A stretch of 64,000 nucleotides of DNA from a virus (IMGVR_UViG_3300005399_000003); one strand, 5' to 3'. Shown: positions 18,468-28,519, counted from the stretch's first letter. Notes: generated by a model not told the origin, from the letters alone. A program made the numbers and translations.

Positions 18468-18944
18468 ATGATGAAGGCAGATTGGCACGCCCTGTTCTGT
18501 CCGCAGTGCAAAGAGAAGGCGTATCTGAAGGTCGACTTCATGGGCGTTTGCAGACTGACCCCGGACGGGTCGGAAGATGTTGGCCCTCATACTTGGGACG
18601 GTAATAGCGCCTGCATATGCACGACCTGCGGATTCAAAGGGGTCGCCTCGATGTTCGCCTTTGAAGCGAATGATGCGGGCATGGTTGATTTACAGCCCGA
18701 CGATGAAATCGCCTTCGAGGTCATCATCAGCGGTATGGTGACGAATGACCGTGATGAAGAAACCTTGGCGGCCGAAGCGGGCGTTGAGCCTCAGTTTTGG
18801 GACGTTGAGCTGCGGCGGGCAAACATGCGCTCGGGAGTGATCGACATCATTGCCGAGACTGAGAACATCGACAGCTATGATGTTGCCGATGCTGTCGCAC
18901 AGGGTCTGGAAGAAATGAGCGGAGCGGGGATAGAATGGGTGTAG
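18468..18944 (+). CDS. zinc-ribbon protein
   Basis: CPQC...CICTTCGF cysteine pairs. Confidence 0.5.
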   Translation: MMKADWHALFCPQCKEKAYLKVDFMGVCRLTPDGSEDVGPHTWDGNSACICTTCGFKGVASMFAFEANDAGMVDLQPDDEIAFEVIISGMVTNDRDEETLAAEAGVEPQFWDVELRRANMRSGVIDIIAETENIDSYDVADAVAQGLEEMSGAGIEWV

Positions 18945-19513
18945 CGCCAAAACAAGCGCTTGATGCGGTGACTGCGCATGCGATCAGCGAGTATCTGCGG
19001 CTTGAGCGGGATCCGGAATGGAAGGTCAATGATCGCGCCAGCTATGAGAACATCGACACCAAGCGCAGCGTCACGTCATTCAACAATCAGCTTGATGGCA
19101 AAAAGACCTACATCGTCATTGATCATCAAGGCAAAGCCGAGTGGGTGACGCATAACTTTGGCGCCGCGCTGCGCGAGACATGCAAATGCGGCAATGCCGA
19201 GCGCCAGCCCTTTGTCATTAAGGTCTACGACACATGGGCCGCTGTCACGCACACAGGCAGCATCCGGCACGGCAAGTTTCACAAGACGCTGGGGGAGGCG
19301 AAGCTTTCATGGAAGAAGGCACTGCCGCTCGCCCCGCGGCTGAATGAAGACGAGATTGCCGAAAACTCCCGCGAGTGGCTGAAGCGACGCATCGCCTTCG
19401 GGGAGCAGGTGATCGAAGAGGGCAAGAAGAAGGTCCGTGAAGAGGAACGTCGCAAGGCGCGTGAAGAGAAGCGGGTTGAGGAAATGATCGGAGAGGGTTT
19501 CGGCGCATGGTGA
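18935..19513 (+). CDS. hypothetical protein with C-terminal EGFGAW tail
   Basis: Identical C-terminal hexapeptide to the 3158-3661 product. Confidence 0.5.
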   Translation: MGVAPKQALDAVTAHAISEYLRLERDPEWKVNDRASYENIDTKRSVTSFNNQLDGKKTYIVIDHQGKAEWVTHNFGAALRETCKCGNAERQPFVIKVYDTWAAVTHTGSIRHGKFHKTLGEAKLSWKKALPLAPRLNEDEIAENSREWLKRRIAFGEQVIEEGKKKVREEERRKAREEKRVEEMIGEGFGAW

Positions 19514-20022
19514 ATTTCGTTGTCGCCGTCGATGATCACGACCCCTATTTCGTCAAGCTGCTGAGCAGACCCAATGATCGAACGGTAGAAGAGACGCTTG
19601 AGGACTATAATCAAACGCAGGCGGATCGGGTGCGACCTTATCTGCGATCAATCTTGTCCTTCAAATCGCGAAGACATGCGCGGCTGCTCGCCTGCAACCC
19701 GTCGCCGATCTACGACAGATACGATGCTGGCGAAATTCCAAAGGCGAGCAATCCTAGGCGGGCATTCGAGGTGCGTAAGAGCGATTGGCTGATGGGGTTT
19801 GTTCTCAAGCCTCATGGGGCATTTGAGATACCTCGCATCGAAGTGATGCAGATAAGGCGCGAAGGGGCCGCTTACCCTACAGATTTGGCAAGGAGATTTC
19901 GGGACGGGCGAGGTCCAACCGCCTGGGTTATACATTGCGCCGATACCAACCCGCAAGAGAAGCTCGATGGACACAGAGGGTGGATCGCTCTTTTAGAGCA
20001 ACAGTTCAAGCGCAAGGTCTGA
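19507..20022 (+). CDS. hypothetical protein (lower-GC gene)
   Basis: ORF with a GC dip relative to its neighbours. Confidence 0.5.
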   Translation: MVNFVVAVDDHDPYFVKLLSRPNDRTVEETLEDYNQTQADRVRPYLRSILSFKSRRHARLLACNPSPIYDRYDAGEIPKASNPRRAFEVRKSDWLMGFVLKPHGAFEIPRIEVMQIRREGAAYPTDLARRFRDGRGPTAWVIHCADTNPQEKLDGHRGWIALLEQQFKRKV

Positions 20023-20083
20023 ATTAGTGATATACTCACCAGTGACTTACTGTCACAGTGAAAGTTCAGAAAGAGAGCGTAAG

Positions 20084-20383
20084 ATGCATTCGACCACGAT
20101 CTTAAACATGCAGTTGGGCGGGCTTTGGAGACTGATGCTTATTCAGTTGGATGACCCGCGCGTTGAGAAGCCCTTCATGGTGCTGAAATTCGGCGAAGGG
20201 CGAGAGGCGTCTAGCGAGGATCAATTCGAGTTCAAACTTGAGGCGATCGAGATATTTCGGGAGGTCGCAAACGATCTTCTGGCGCGGACATTCGAGCTTG
20301 GCGCTTTGCAAGCTGAAAGCGTGGAGCAGCTGACAGATCAGGTCGAGATGGCAATCCAGCACACAACCCAAATCATGCATTAA
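20084..20383 (+). CDS. hypothetical protein
   Basis: AGAAAGAGAGCGTAAG upstream of the ATG. Confidence 0.45.
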   Translation: MHSTTILNMQLGGLWRLMLIQLDDPRVEKPFMVLKFGEGREASSEDQFEFKLEAIEIFREVANDLLARTFELGALQAESVEQLTDQVEMAIQHTTQIMH

Positions 20384-20393
20384 GGAGAGATAA

Positions 20394-20711
20394 ATGGGTG
20401 CAGCAACATTCGTGAACGTGACAGAGGGTAAGGACGCAAAGCAGGCGTTCGCAAAGGCCCGGGATGCAGCCGCATGGGAGAACGGGCATGGCGGCTACAC
20501 GGGCACGATCGCCGAGAAGCGCGAGTTCGTGATGATCGACCCCAAGAAGGACGGGGCTGACACGACAGACTGGTCGCAGGTCAATTATGAAGAATACGCC
20601 TACTCGCTGATCAACGAGAGCGACCCTCGGGTGGATGACAAATGGGGCCCGGCGGGTTGCATACAGCTGAGCGACCGCGAGTTCCTGTTCTTCGGGTGGG
20701 CCTCATCGTGA
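20394..20711 (+). CDS. hypothetical protein
   Basis: AAGGAGAGA RBS. Confidence 0.5.
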   Translation: MGAATFVNVTEGKDAKQAFAKARDAAAWENGHGGYTGTIAEKREFVMIDPKKDGADTTDWSQVNYEEYAYSLINESDPRVDDKWGPAGCIQLSDREFLFFGWASS

Positions 20712-20905
20712 GCAAGGGCCGCGTTGACTGTCCTGATTGCGGATCACGCACTACGCGACACAAGCTGGAGACGCAGGGCTGCTGGTACTGCGAGGGCTTG
20801 AAGCAACGCTCGGAGGAAGATGAGGCTTTCGAGGCGTTCATGGAATATGACGAGGAGACGCGCTGGCGTCTTCTCTTTGAGGCAGCAGGGAGACCTACGC
20901 TATGA
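20708..20905 (+). CDS. small zinc-finger protein
   Basis: GTG start overlapping the upstream stop (GTGA). Motif CPDCG...CWYCEG. Confidence 0.4.
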   Translation: MSKGRVDCPDCGSRTTRHKLETQGCWYCEGLKQRSEEDEAFEAFMEYDEETRWRLLFEAAGRPTL

Positions 20906-21465
20906 GCAATCTGGAAGAACACGAAGCAGAACAGGCGCGCATCACGGCTGAATGCGAAGCGGGTGAATGCGACCACCCTGAGTGCCACGAGGCTGCCTAT
21001 GACATCACGATGTCCTGGCACGACCAGCCCGAGGGTGGGACGTTTCGCACGACTGTCATGGCGAAAGATAGCGACGATGCCGAAGCAAAGTCCCGCTACG
21101 AGATGGCTGATAGCTACTTCTCGGAAGCGGGGCGCTGGTGCCGGCACTGCGGGGAGTGCTCAATTGGAGATGGTCACGACGGCTTCTGTGGTGACTGTGC
21201 CGATCGCATTGAGAACGGCGAAGAGCTTGCCGACACAGATGCGGCGTTGGATAAGATCGTCGAGGAATACGCCCACCAATGGGACGTGATCGACTGCTTC
21301 AAGGTGAGTGATCATGTCGATGCCAATCTTGAGCATAGCAAAATCCACCGTGAGACGAACCGACAGCTCGGTGTGGCGCTCAATCTGCTGTCTCGGCTAA
21401 GGGATGGCTTGATGAATGCCGAGATTGCGGCCGAGGTCGATGCGTTGCTGAATGGAGAGCATTGA
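20902..21465 (+). CDS. cysteine-rich hypothetical protein
   Basis: CEAGECDHPECH and CRHCGECS...CGDC. Confidence 0.5.
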   Translation: MSNLEEHEAEQARITAECEAGECDHPECHEAAYDITMSWHDQPEGGTFRTTVMAKDSDDAEAKSRYEMADSYFSEAGRWCRHCGECSIGDGHDGFCGDCADRIENGEELADTDAALDKIVEEYAHQWDVIDCFKVSDHVDANLEHSKIHRETNRQLGVALNLLSRLRDGLMNAEIAAEVDALLNGEH

Positions 21466-21776
21466 TGGGCATAGGCGACGAGGAAGAGCCGTCAGTCATG
21501 GTGCCCTTGCGGATCTTGAGAAATGTCGCTCGGTCGATCAACAACCTCACAGAGATCATCGAAGAGAACATTGATCTGCCAGAGGGCGGGTGCAACTGCG
21601 CGGCTATAAGCATACCGCCGTGCTCCTTTTGCGAGAATGGCGGGCACATGACCCTCGATGTGGCGCGTGCCGGGCATGATGCCCATGAGATCAGGGTGTT
21701 CCTCGACAAAGCTCAGACGCCAACCCCAGCAGAGGTCGAGACTGAGGGTGACATGCAGGGCTTTGGTTCGTTCTAG
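21462..21776 (+). CDS. hypothetical protein
   Basis: ATGA overlap; contains CNC...CSFC. Confidence 0.5.
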   Translation: MMGIGDEEEPSVMVPLRILRNVARSINNLTEIIEENIDLPEGGCNCAAISIPPCSFCENGGHMTLDVARAGHDAHEIRVFLDKAQTPTPAEVETEGDMQGFGSF

Positions 21777-21849
21777 GCGATACGTCAGCTTTGACTTGCC
21801 TCATTTGCGGGCTGATATTGAGTGCAGATCAGAAAGAAAGGGAAAGCCC

Positions 21850-22209
21850 ATGACACAGGAACGCACGATCAAGGTCAGCATGAACGCAATTATGGCGGAA
21901 GCTGTTTGCGCATATGTGGACGAGCAAATGAGCCATGACCCTGATGAAGCTCGCATGAAGGCCCTGCAAGACGCCGACGACAAGGCTATGGAGGTTCTGC
22001 GCGGGACCAATTTGATGCACAGCGGTACTGTTCTGTACGAGGATGATCGCGTCATCCTCTTTGAGCACCCGATCCACGGGGATGAAGCGCCGATCATGGG
22101 CTACCTCAAAGAAGAGGAGTTCTTCATGGAGAACACGATGTTCTATGAAGTCGATGATCGCCACTGCATCGTGTCCATGCTCGAAGCCCAAGCTGGGGCG
22201 CCTTATTAA
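21850..22209 (+). CDS. hypothetical protein
   Basis: GAAAGGGAAAGCCCATG initiation motif. Confidence 0.5.
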   Translation: MTQERTIKVSMNAIMAEAVCAYVDEQMSHDPDEARMKALQDADDKAMEVLRGTNLMHSGTVLYEDDRVILFEHPIHGDEAPIMGYLKEEEFFMENTMFYEVDDRHCIVSMLEAQAGAPY

Positions 22210-22287
22210 GCAAGGCGACACGTCAGCTTTGACTTACCTTGTTCGTGCCCACATAAAGGGTGCGAACACAATGAAAGGGATTCGCTC

Positions 22288-22719
22288 ATGTCGAGGTTCA
22301 TCTTCTATCGCCACACTGTTCTCGGCGATCATATCGACGCCTATCGCTCGATCATGCGCTTGCAGGCAGACAAGATTGTCCCGTGGTGGACTGTTGCTGA
22401 GTACGCAGCGAATGGCGGCTACTTTAAGGCAGCTCAGATCGAGGCGGGGTCGCTGGAGGAAGCGTGGGATCGCGCTCACACTGACCACATGCCCACGGGG
22501 CGCTACGTCAAGACATTGGATGCCCGCTGCCCGGGCCATTCGTCAGTCACTGACATCTTCGAGGATTGCACCACCGGTGCGCTGTGGATGTGTCTGGACA
22601 CGGGTTGGGCTGAGATGCCTGACGATACCGCCGAGCACTTCCGGGCGCACATCAAGCCCCCGGTGCTGAAAGATCAACCGCTGACAGATTTCATGGTCTC
22701 GCTTGAGGAGTTGCGCTGA
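22288..22719 (+). CDS. hypothetical protein
   Basis: GAAAGGGATTCGCTCATG. Confidence 0.5.
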   Translation: MSRFIFYRHTVLGDHIDAYRSIMRLQADKIVPWWTVAEYAANGGYFKAAQIEAGSLEEAWDRAHTDHMPTGRYVKTLDARCPGHSSVTDIFEDCTTGALWMCLDTGWAEMPDDTAEHFRAHIKPPVLKDQPLTDFMVSLEELR

Positions 22720-23027
22720 TGACTGACTGCCCCCGCGTTGACCATCTCCCAGGTTACGACCACGACGAGCGTACCCGCTACAAGGCGCGCATTGAGGTCG
22801 ACGACGAAGGTGTCGTCTGGCTTGGCCCGCATGACACGCTGCATGACGTGCAGGTCGCCTACATCAAGAAGCGCAATGCAACGGGGCTAGGTGCCTCGGG
22901 CTTCGGCAGCGGTGATGTCTTCGACGAGCGCGGGCAGCACCTTGCCCGCATTTCCTACAACGGTCGGCTTTGGCGCCCTTGGAGCGCCGGGGTTATGATC
23001 GCAGAATCCCCGGAGGTAGAGGCATGA
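22719..23027 (+). CDS. hypothetical protein
   Basis: Coupled TGATG junction. Confidence 0.45.
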   Translation: MTDCPRVDHLPGYDHDERTRYKARIEVDDEGVVWLGPHDTLHDVQVAYIKKRNATGLGASGFGSGDVFDERGQHLARISYNGRLWRPWSAGVMIAESPEVEA

Positions 23028-23296
23028 CTATCATCCCCGTCACCGAAGACACGACATTCGCGCAGATGCGGGCCGCCGCTCATAGTCCGCACGAGCTAAT
23101 GACCATGCTCGATAGCCCCGAGGGTTCGACGGGCTACGGCTATTGGATTGAGTTCGGCTCGGTTGATGCGCCAATGATCTACAACGTATTCACCCATGGC
23201 CCAGATTGGGTCTGCATGAAGCGGGAAGGGTCTAAAGGCGAGCCCATGTGGCATCAGTGGCGCGACCTCGATCCCTTTCGCGTGGTGGTAGCGTAA
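23024..23296 (+). CDS. hypothetical protein
   Basis: ATGA overlap. Confidence 0.45.
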   Translation: MTIIPVTEDTTFAQMRAAAHSPHELMTMLDSPEGSTGYGYWIEFGSVDAPMIYNVFTHGPDWVCMKREGSKGEPMWHQWRDLDPFRVVVA

Positions 23297-23481
23297 TGGG
23301 TGATTTAGCTGACGACGCCTGGGACTCGATGTTTCAAGACGAGCAAGACGCAAAGGATGTCAAGCGCGCCTTGCAGCTGCGCTGCGACAAGGCCCCGATG
23401 GTCTGCGAGGGGCATAAGGCAGAAATGAACGACGATGGACTTTGGGAATGCCCGAAGTGTCATCAGATGGTCGATTTGTAA
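23296..23481 (+). CDS. small zinc-ribbon protein
   Basis: TAATG overlap. Motif CEGH...CPKCHQ. Confidence 0.45.
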   Translation: MGDLADDAWDSMFQDEQDAKDVKRALQLRCDKAPMVCEGHKAEMNDDGLWECPKCHQMVDL

Positions 23482-23491
23482 GGAGAGAGAC

Positions 23492-23848
23492 ATGCCACAG
23501 GGATTGCCTACGCGCGATCAGAACTATCACGTCGATGGGCTGCCGCGCTCGATCAAGGCGAAGATCACAGAGCTTGGGGAGGCTGCGGCAGAGTATGCTT
23601 TCATTGGCGCGCAAGACCCCGAAGATCACGAGGCGATTGAAGATCATGCGCATATCGCCCGCTACAACCTTGAGCGCAACATCAAGACGCTGCTTGACCG
23701 CAAAGATAAGCGGATCAGAGAGCTAGAGAAGACGCTGGAGAAGGTTGCAGAGAACGACGGTCGCGGCGCCCATTACATGCTCTGCCATGACTGCAACGAC
23801 AACAGCGAACTCGCCAAGAAGCAACTGGAGAAGAAAGACCATGGGTGA
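23492..23848 (+). CDS. hypothetical protein
   Basis: AGGAGAGAGAC RBS. Confidence 0.45.
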   Translation: MPQGLPTRDQNYHVDGLPRSIKAKITELGEAAAEYAFIGAQDPEDHEAIEDHAHIARYNLERNIKTLLDRKDKRIRELEKTLEKVAENDGRGAHYMLCHDCNDNSELAKKQLEKKDHG

Positions 23849-24167
23849 ACATGCAGAAGCGGCACTCTATGCCGAGATGATGGGCGGCGACCCTGACGAC
23901 GTGACTGCCGAAGACTATATGGCGTATTATGAAAGCCTGAAGCCACCGGCGCCGAACATGATCGCGCTGGATGCGGACATGGCCCTGAGTTCGATCAGGC
24001 AATGGGGTGACGAAGATAGCCCGCCATCTGTCCCGGAGCTGATCGAGAGCCTGTTTCCCAAGCTGACTAAAGAGGAAGCTGAGACGGTCGCAAAGGGGCT
24101 TGAGCTGCTGGCAGCACAGTATGACGACAGCGCCCATGACGAAGACGACGAGGAAGACCCTGAATAG
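23841..24167 (+). CDS. acidic hypothetical protein
   Basis: 8-nt overlap with the upstream gene. The C-terminus is DEDDEEDPE. Confidence 0.45.
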   Translation: MGEHAEAALYAEMMGGDPDDVTAEDYMAYYESLKPPAPNMIALDADMALSSIRQWGDEDSPPSVPELIESLFPKLTKEEAETVAKGLELLAAQYDDSAHDEDDEEDPE

Positions 24168-24175
24168 CCCTCAGA

Positions 24176-24262
24176 GCGCCCCGCTGAGAGCTTTGGCGGG
24201 GCTTTTGCATACACACCCCCATGAAACACAGTGGAAGCGCTCTACGGGGCGCTTTTTCTTTG
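24176..24262 (+). terminator. two tandem rho-independent terminators
   Basis: GCGCCCCGC...GCGGGGCTTTTG, then AGCGC...GGGGCGCTTTTTC. Confidence 0.55.
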
Positions 24263-24324
24263 CAGTAGGCATCAAGTCAGTTTTGACTTACCGCCCCCGA
24301 GGGGTGATAACGGGTGACAGTCAA

Positions 24325-24717
24325 ATGAAGGGTGCCGTGATGTTCGGGAAAACTGCTATGCTTTGCCTTGCTCTGAATGCCTATTTCGAGGCGCGGGGCG
24401 AGGGTGTTGAAGGCATTCATGCCGTAACGCATGTGGTGATCAATCGCATCGACAGCCCGCGCTGGCCCAATGAGGCGTGCGAGGTGGTCTTTCAGCCCTG
24501 GCAGTTCACCTGGACGATGGAGAAGACATACGAGGTCAAAGAGGATGTCTTGGCTGAGGTCTACGAGCATGTGGTGGATGCCGTGCAGCTTCCAGACAGC
24601 ACCCGAGGCGCCACGCACTATCACGCCACATATGTGTCACCTAAATGGGCAGGTATTTACCCCCGCACAGCTTTTGTTGGTGATCATATCTTTTATAAGG
24701 CGCTGTCTGGCATGTGA
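24325..24717 (+). CDS. SleB-family cell-wall hydrolase (putative endolysin)
   Basis: LALNAYFEARGEG...AVTHVVINR is the Hydrolase_2/SleB signature. Confidence 0.75.
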   Translation: MKGAVMFGKTAMLCLALNAYFEARGEGVEGIHAVTHVVINRIDSPRWPNEACEVVFQPWQFTWTMEKTYEVKEDVLAEVYEHVVDAVQLPDSTRGATHYHATYVSPKWAGIYPRTAFVGDHIFYKALSGM

Positions 24718-24794
24718 AGGATATAAAGTCACTATTGATTTACCTGTTATCCCTTAATATAAGGGAATCAAATAAAGACGAGAGAAGGGAATAT

Positions 24795-25094
24795 ATGGAT
24801 TATCAAATGATTGATGGTGAGGTCATGGCCTCGGAGCATCCTAAAACTTGGGAGATGCCTTCGGAGCAAGACCGCAAGTCACTTAAAGTAGGTGATCACG
24901 CTAAGATTGGACTTCGCATCAAAGATGGCCCTGGAGAGCGCTTCTGGCTGAAGGTCACGCAGGTCATTCAGTGCGATGATGGCTCGGGGCGCGTCATGTA
25001 TCAAGGCGCGGTGGACAATGATCTGGTCGTCTTCGACTTCCCGGTTGGTCACATTCTGGACTTCGAGCCGCGGCACGTTCTGACGGTCATCTGA
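24795..25094 (+). CDS. hypothetical protein
   Basis: ORF that follows an AT-rich patch at 24714-24800. Confidence 0.45.
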   Translation: MDYQMIDGEVMASEHPKTWEMPSEQDRKSLKVGDHAKIGLRIKDGPGERFWLKVTQVIQCDDGSGRVMYQGAVDNDLVVFDFPVGHILDFEPRHVLTVI

Positions 25095-25183
25095 TATTTG
25101 CGCATGGTCACAAGTCATTCGTGACTTGCCATAAATGACCCTGCATCTTGGGTCTATCGAAACACGAGAGAAAGGGAGCACTC

Positions 25184-25690
25184 ATGCCCAATTGGTGCGA
25201 GAACAGATGGACAATCGACGCCCAAACCCCTGAGCGGGTGCAGGAGATTGCCGAAGCGTTGCAGGTCGATGGAAAGTTCAGCTTCAACAGCCTGATCCCG
25301 ATGCCCGAGATCCTCAAGAGAACAGCCTCGGGCAGTATCACGATCGACGGCGAGAACGTGCGCAGCTGGATCACGGAGACGGATGCTGACGGCAAGAGGA
25401 TTGATCGTCTTCCCACCGAAACAGAGAAGGCCCAGCTCAAAGAGATTGGCGCAAGCAACTGGTACGAATGGGCCAATGATAATTGGGGCACCAAGTGGGA
25501 TGCCTGCAATGTTGAAATGCACGTCTTCGGCAGCGGCATCAGCCTCAGCTTCGACACAGCATGGGGGCCGCCCGCGCCTGTCGCTCGCGCTCTCGCTGAC
25601 AAGTTCGACCACATCGACTTCCACCCCCGCTGGGGTGGCGTCGAGATGGAGCTGGATGACGAAGGTGGCTTCATCGACCTCGAATACTGA
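25184..25690 (+). CDS. hypothetical protein (N-terminal MPNWCENRW)
   Basis: GAGAGAAAGGGAGCACTCATG leader. Confidence 0.5.
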   Translation: MPNWCENRWTIDAQTPERVQEIAEALQVDGKFSFNSLIPMPEILKRTASGSITIDGENVRSWITETDADGKRIDRLPTETEKAQLKEIGASNWYEWANDNWGTKWDACNVEMHVFGSGISLSFDTAWGPPAPVARALADKFDHIDFHPRWGGVEMELDDEGGFIDLEY

Positions 25691-25713
25691 AACCCCTGAA
25701 CAGGAGAAAGAAC

Positions 25714-26280
25714 ATGGGAACACGGCATTTGGTTTGCGTCTATGACGGCGTTGGAGAGCTGCGGGTGGCGCAGTATGGACAATGGGACGGCTACCCCGAT
25801 GGGCAAGGCGTCAAAGTGCTTGAGGCAGCCCGCGACAGCACGCTGGAGGAGCGTGCGCGGGGCGCTGTGCTGATCGACGAGGCGACGTACAAGGAGCGCT
25901 GGAAAGAGTTCGGCGTTGACTTGGACAAGAACTCGATGGTCTCGATGGATGTCTCGGAGAAGTTTGCCGAGAAGCACCCGAACCTTCATCGCAACGTAGG
26001 CGCGGGTATTCTCAATCTGCTGCCCTGCGAGGTCATGCATAGCGTGGAGTTTGCGGCAGACGGGCTGTTCTGCGAATGGGCTTATGTGATCGACTACCAG
26101 AACAATGTGCTGGAGGTCTATCAGGGCTTCAATCGCGGCGAGGGCGGGCGCTTTGCCAATATGAAGCCCGTTCACGAGGACTACTCGCCCGTAGGTCTGG
26201 TGCAAAGCTGGCCCCTTGACGATCTGCCCACGAGCGAGGTCTTCATCAATCGTCTGACGGACATTGAAGACGCAGCCTGA
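25714..26280 (+). CDS. hypothetical protein
   Basis: CAGGAGAAAGAACATG. Confidence 0.5.
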   Translation: MGTRHLVCVYDGVGELRVAQYGQWDGYPDGQGVKVLEAARDSTLEERARGAVLIDEATYKERWKEFGVDLDKNSMVSMDVSEKFAEKHPNLHRNVGAGILNLLPCEVMHSVEFAADGLFCEWAYVIDYQNNVLEVYQGFNRGEGGRFANMKPVHEDYSPVGLVQSWPLDDLPTSEVFINRLTDIEDAA

Positions 26281-26343
26281 TTAAGCACGCAGTCACCAGT
26301 TATTCATTGGTGACTGCACATCGGAAAGGGAAAGGAGGGCTTT

Positions 26344-26871
26344 ATGCCTAAAACACCATTCAAAATGACCGACAGCGTAAAGGATCTTCTGTCGCGGATT
26401 GATCGGCATCGCGATCAGGTCATTCATCACGAGCAGTGCGTGAAGGATCTGATCAAGCTTTACGACAAGCACATGGCGGAAGCGGCCAAGGAACACATCG
26501 CCCGGACAGGCGAGGCGCCTAATGTTCTGATGACACTGACACAGATCGCCATCATGCGCGGCATTGGCCCGCAAGCGGCGCAAAATCATGCGCGTGAGGC
26601 ATTTGGCGGTACGGTCAAGCGCGGACATCGGGGCCGTGATCTCTTTGGTCGTCAGCAGTATCCACTGCGCCCCATTCATCAGTTCTATCTGAAAAACGCC
26701 AAAGGTCGAGGTCGCCCCACAGGCTCTCTGAGCGACAAAAAGGTCGAGCTTATTCAGGCGCTTTACAGGGGTGGCATGAGCGTCCGAAAGATTGCCAAGC
26801 ATGTCGATGCGTCAGAGGCTTCTGTGATTGCTAATTTGCCAGCATATGAACCCCCAATTGCCGCTGAATGA
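26344..26871 (+). CDS. DNA-binding protein with C-terminal Hin/resolvase-type HTH, no recombinase catalytic domain
   Basis: GRGRPTGSLSDKKVELIQALYRGGMSVRKIAKHV is an HTH_7-like segment. No catalytic-serine motif is present. Confidence 0.5.
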   Translation: MPKTPFKMTDSVKDLLSRIDRHRDQVIHHEQCVKDLIKLYDKHMAEAAKEHIARTGEAPNVLMTLTQIAIMRGIGPQAAQNHAREAFGGTVKRGHRGRDLFGRQQYPLRPIHQFYLKNAKGRGRPTGSLSDKKVELIQALYRGGMSVRKIAKHVDASEASVIANLPAYEPPIAAE

Positions 26872-26949
26872 GGCGACAAGTCAGCTTTGACGTACCACAA
26901 CTGCCCCTGCACATTGTAGGGGCAGACAGCAAAACGAAAGGGAAGACCC

Positions 26950-27294
26950 ATGAGCAAGTTTACCGGACTCACGCTGAACAAGTCTCAGGTCGAGTTCATG
27001 CGTGATGAAGCGATGGCATGGATCGACGTTCAGAAGAGCGATCATCGCTTCGAGGCAGACGCCCTGCGAAATGAGGAGCCCGGCTATCTCTTCGACGTGG
27101 CAAGAATGTTCACGACCCTCGGGGGTATTCGGAGCATTCCCGAAGGTGGGTCGATGCTGATCGACAGCAACAGCGCCTATTCCCTGCTCTGCTACGTCGA
27201 GGACGAAGAGACATTCGAGCAGTACATCGCGGATGGGGAAATCTCCCGCGAGGACATTACAGATTACCGCAATCAACTGGAGGCAGCAGCATGA
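26950..27294 (+). CDS. acidic hypothetical protein
   Basis: GAAAGGGAAGACCCATG leader. Confidence 0.5.
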   Translation: MSKFTGLTLNKSQVEFMRDEAMAWIDVQKSDHRFEADALRNEEPGYLFDVARMFTTLGGIRSIPEGGSMLIDSNSAYSLLCYVEDEETFEQYIADGEISREDITDYRNQLEAAA

Positions 27295-27737
27295 GCATGC
27301 ACCCACACGCACCCGTCTTTCCAAACAGCATGCAGGAGATCTTCGACAAGGCCCTGGCGCATATTCGCACCACCCGCGAGCCTTCGATGCAGAAGGTGGA
27401 GAAATCTGCGGAATCCGCCTCCTGTTCCTATCGGGGCTGTGGCTGCGCGATGGCCCCTTTTGCCCCGAGCGAGGAAGCGAAGGGCGAATGGGATGGTTAC
27501 GGCAGCATTGGCTGCGTTATCAGCGCCTTCGGGTACAAAGGCGCTGCGCTGCTTGAGGAAGAAGAACTGGATGAACTGGCGTGGGACATTCAGAAAGCCC
27601 ATGACGCCCCTGCCATCAGCAGCACAAGGTATGTCGATGCCGGGAAGACATTCATGGAGATGTTTGAAAGCAGCATGAAGAACATCGCCACCAACTATAA
27701 TCTCACATACACCCCCGAGGAGGCAACTCATGGCTGA
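27291..27737 (+). CDS. hypothetical protein
   Basis: ATGA overlap. Confidence 0.5.
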   Translation: MSMHPHAPVFPNSMQEIFDKALAHIRTTREPSMQKVEKSAESASCSYRGCGCAMAPFAPSEEAKGEWDGYGSIGCVISAFGYKGAALLEEEELDELAWDIQKAHDAPAISSTRYVDAGKTFMEMFESSMKNIATNYNLTYTPEEATHG

Positions 27738-28083
27738 TCAACATCGCTGGCATCTGCCCATCACTGGCACCCGTGACATCGCATTCACTGGCACAGAGCT
27801 GACAAAAGGCGTTGGCAAGTGGGATGTGAAGCTGGAGGCATTCGTCCCTGTTCTGCACGATCAACATCACCTGAACCATCACGTCTACAGAACGAAGGCA
27901 AATCAGCTGATCTTCTTCTGCACACGTCCATACGAAGATGGCGCCGGCACTCGTAAGGGCGCTCGCATCTATCCCGCCAACAACAAGCCCAGCATCGCGG
28001 CGCTCTATGACTTCTTCGGGGATGAACCGCCCGTCGAGGCATTCGAGGCGATCGGGCATAGTCACATTCACGAGGTTGCATAA
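27730..28083 (+). CDS. hypothetical protein
   Basis: 8-nt overlap with the upstream gene. Confidence 0.5.
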   Translation: MADQHRWHLPITGTRDIAFTGTELTKGVGKWDVKLEAFVPVLHDQHHLNHHVYRTKANQLIFFCTRPYEDGAGTRKGARIYPANNKPSIAALYDFFGDEPPVEAFEAIGHSHIHEVA

Positions 28084-28301
28084 TGGACGACTTCATCAAC
28101 TGGATCGCGGACAAATATTCAGTCAGCACGGTAATCCTCTTTGCAGTGCTGGCAGTCTCGGCATTGGCAATGCTGATCGTCATGCTGCTCTCAACGGTCG
28201 ATCACTTCTTCGGTGACTTCGCAGCTATTATGACACTGCTGGTCATGCTCGCGGCATTCCCTGTCTATGTGCTGGTCAAATACCTGCGGGGCAAAGGCTG
28301 A
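28083..28301 (+). CDS. small membrane protein (2 TM)
   Basis: TAATG overlap; hydrophobic. Confidence 0.45.
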   Translation: MDDFINWIADKYSVSTVILFAVLAVSALAMLIVMLLSTVDHFFGDFAAIMTLLVMLAAFPVYVLVKYLRGKG

Positions 28302-28519
28302 TGTCCCGCGACCTCAAGAAGCGACTGCTGCAAATCCCTCCGGGCTGGGTCGACACTCAGCTCGGCAAGGAAGCCCATGATCGCATCGTCGAGCTGGAAG
28401 AGGCACTCGCCCCATTCGCCAAACAAGCTGATGGACGCAAGAGCAAGAAGATCGGTGGCTCGGTCTGCTTCGGGCAGATCACCCTGATCAAGGCACGCAA
28501 AGCCCTCAAGGGATACTGA
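28301..28519 (+). CDS. hypothetical protein
   Basis: TGATG overlap. Confidence 0.45.
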   Translation: MSRDLKKRLLQIPPGWVDTQLGKEAHDRIVELEEALAPFAKQADGRKSKKIGGSVCFGQITLIKARKALKGY

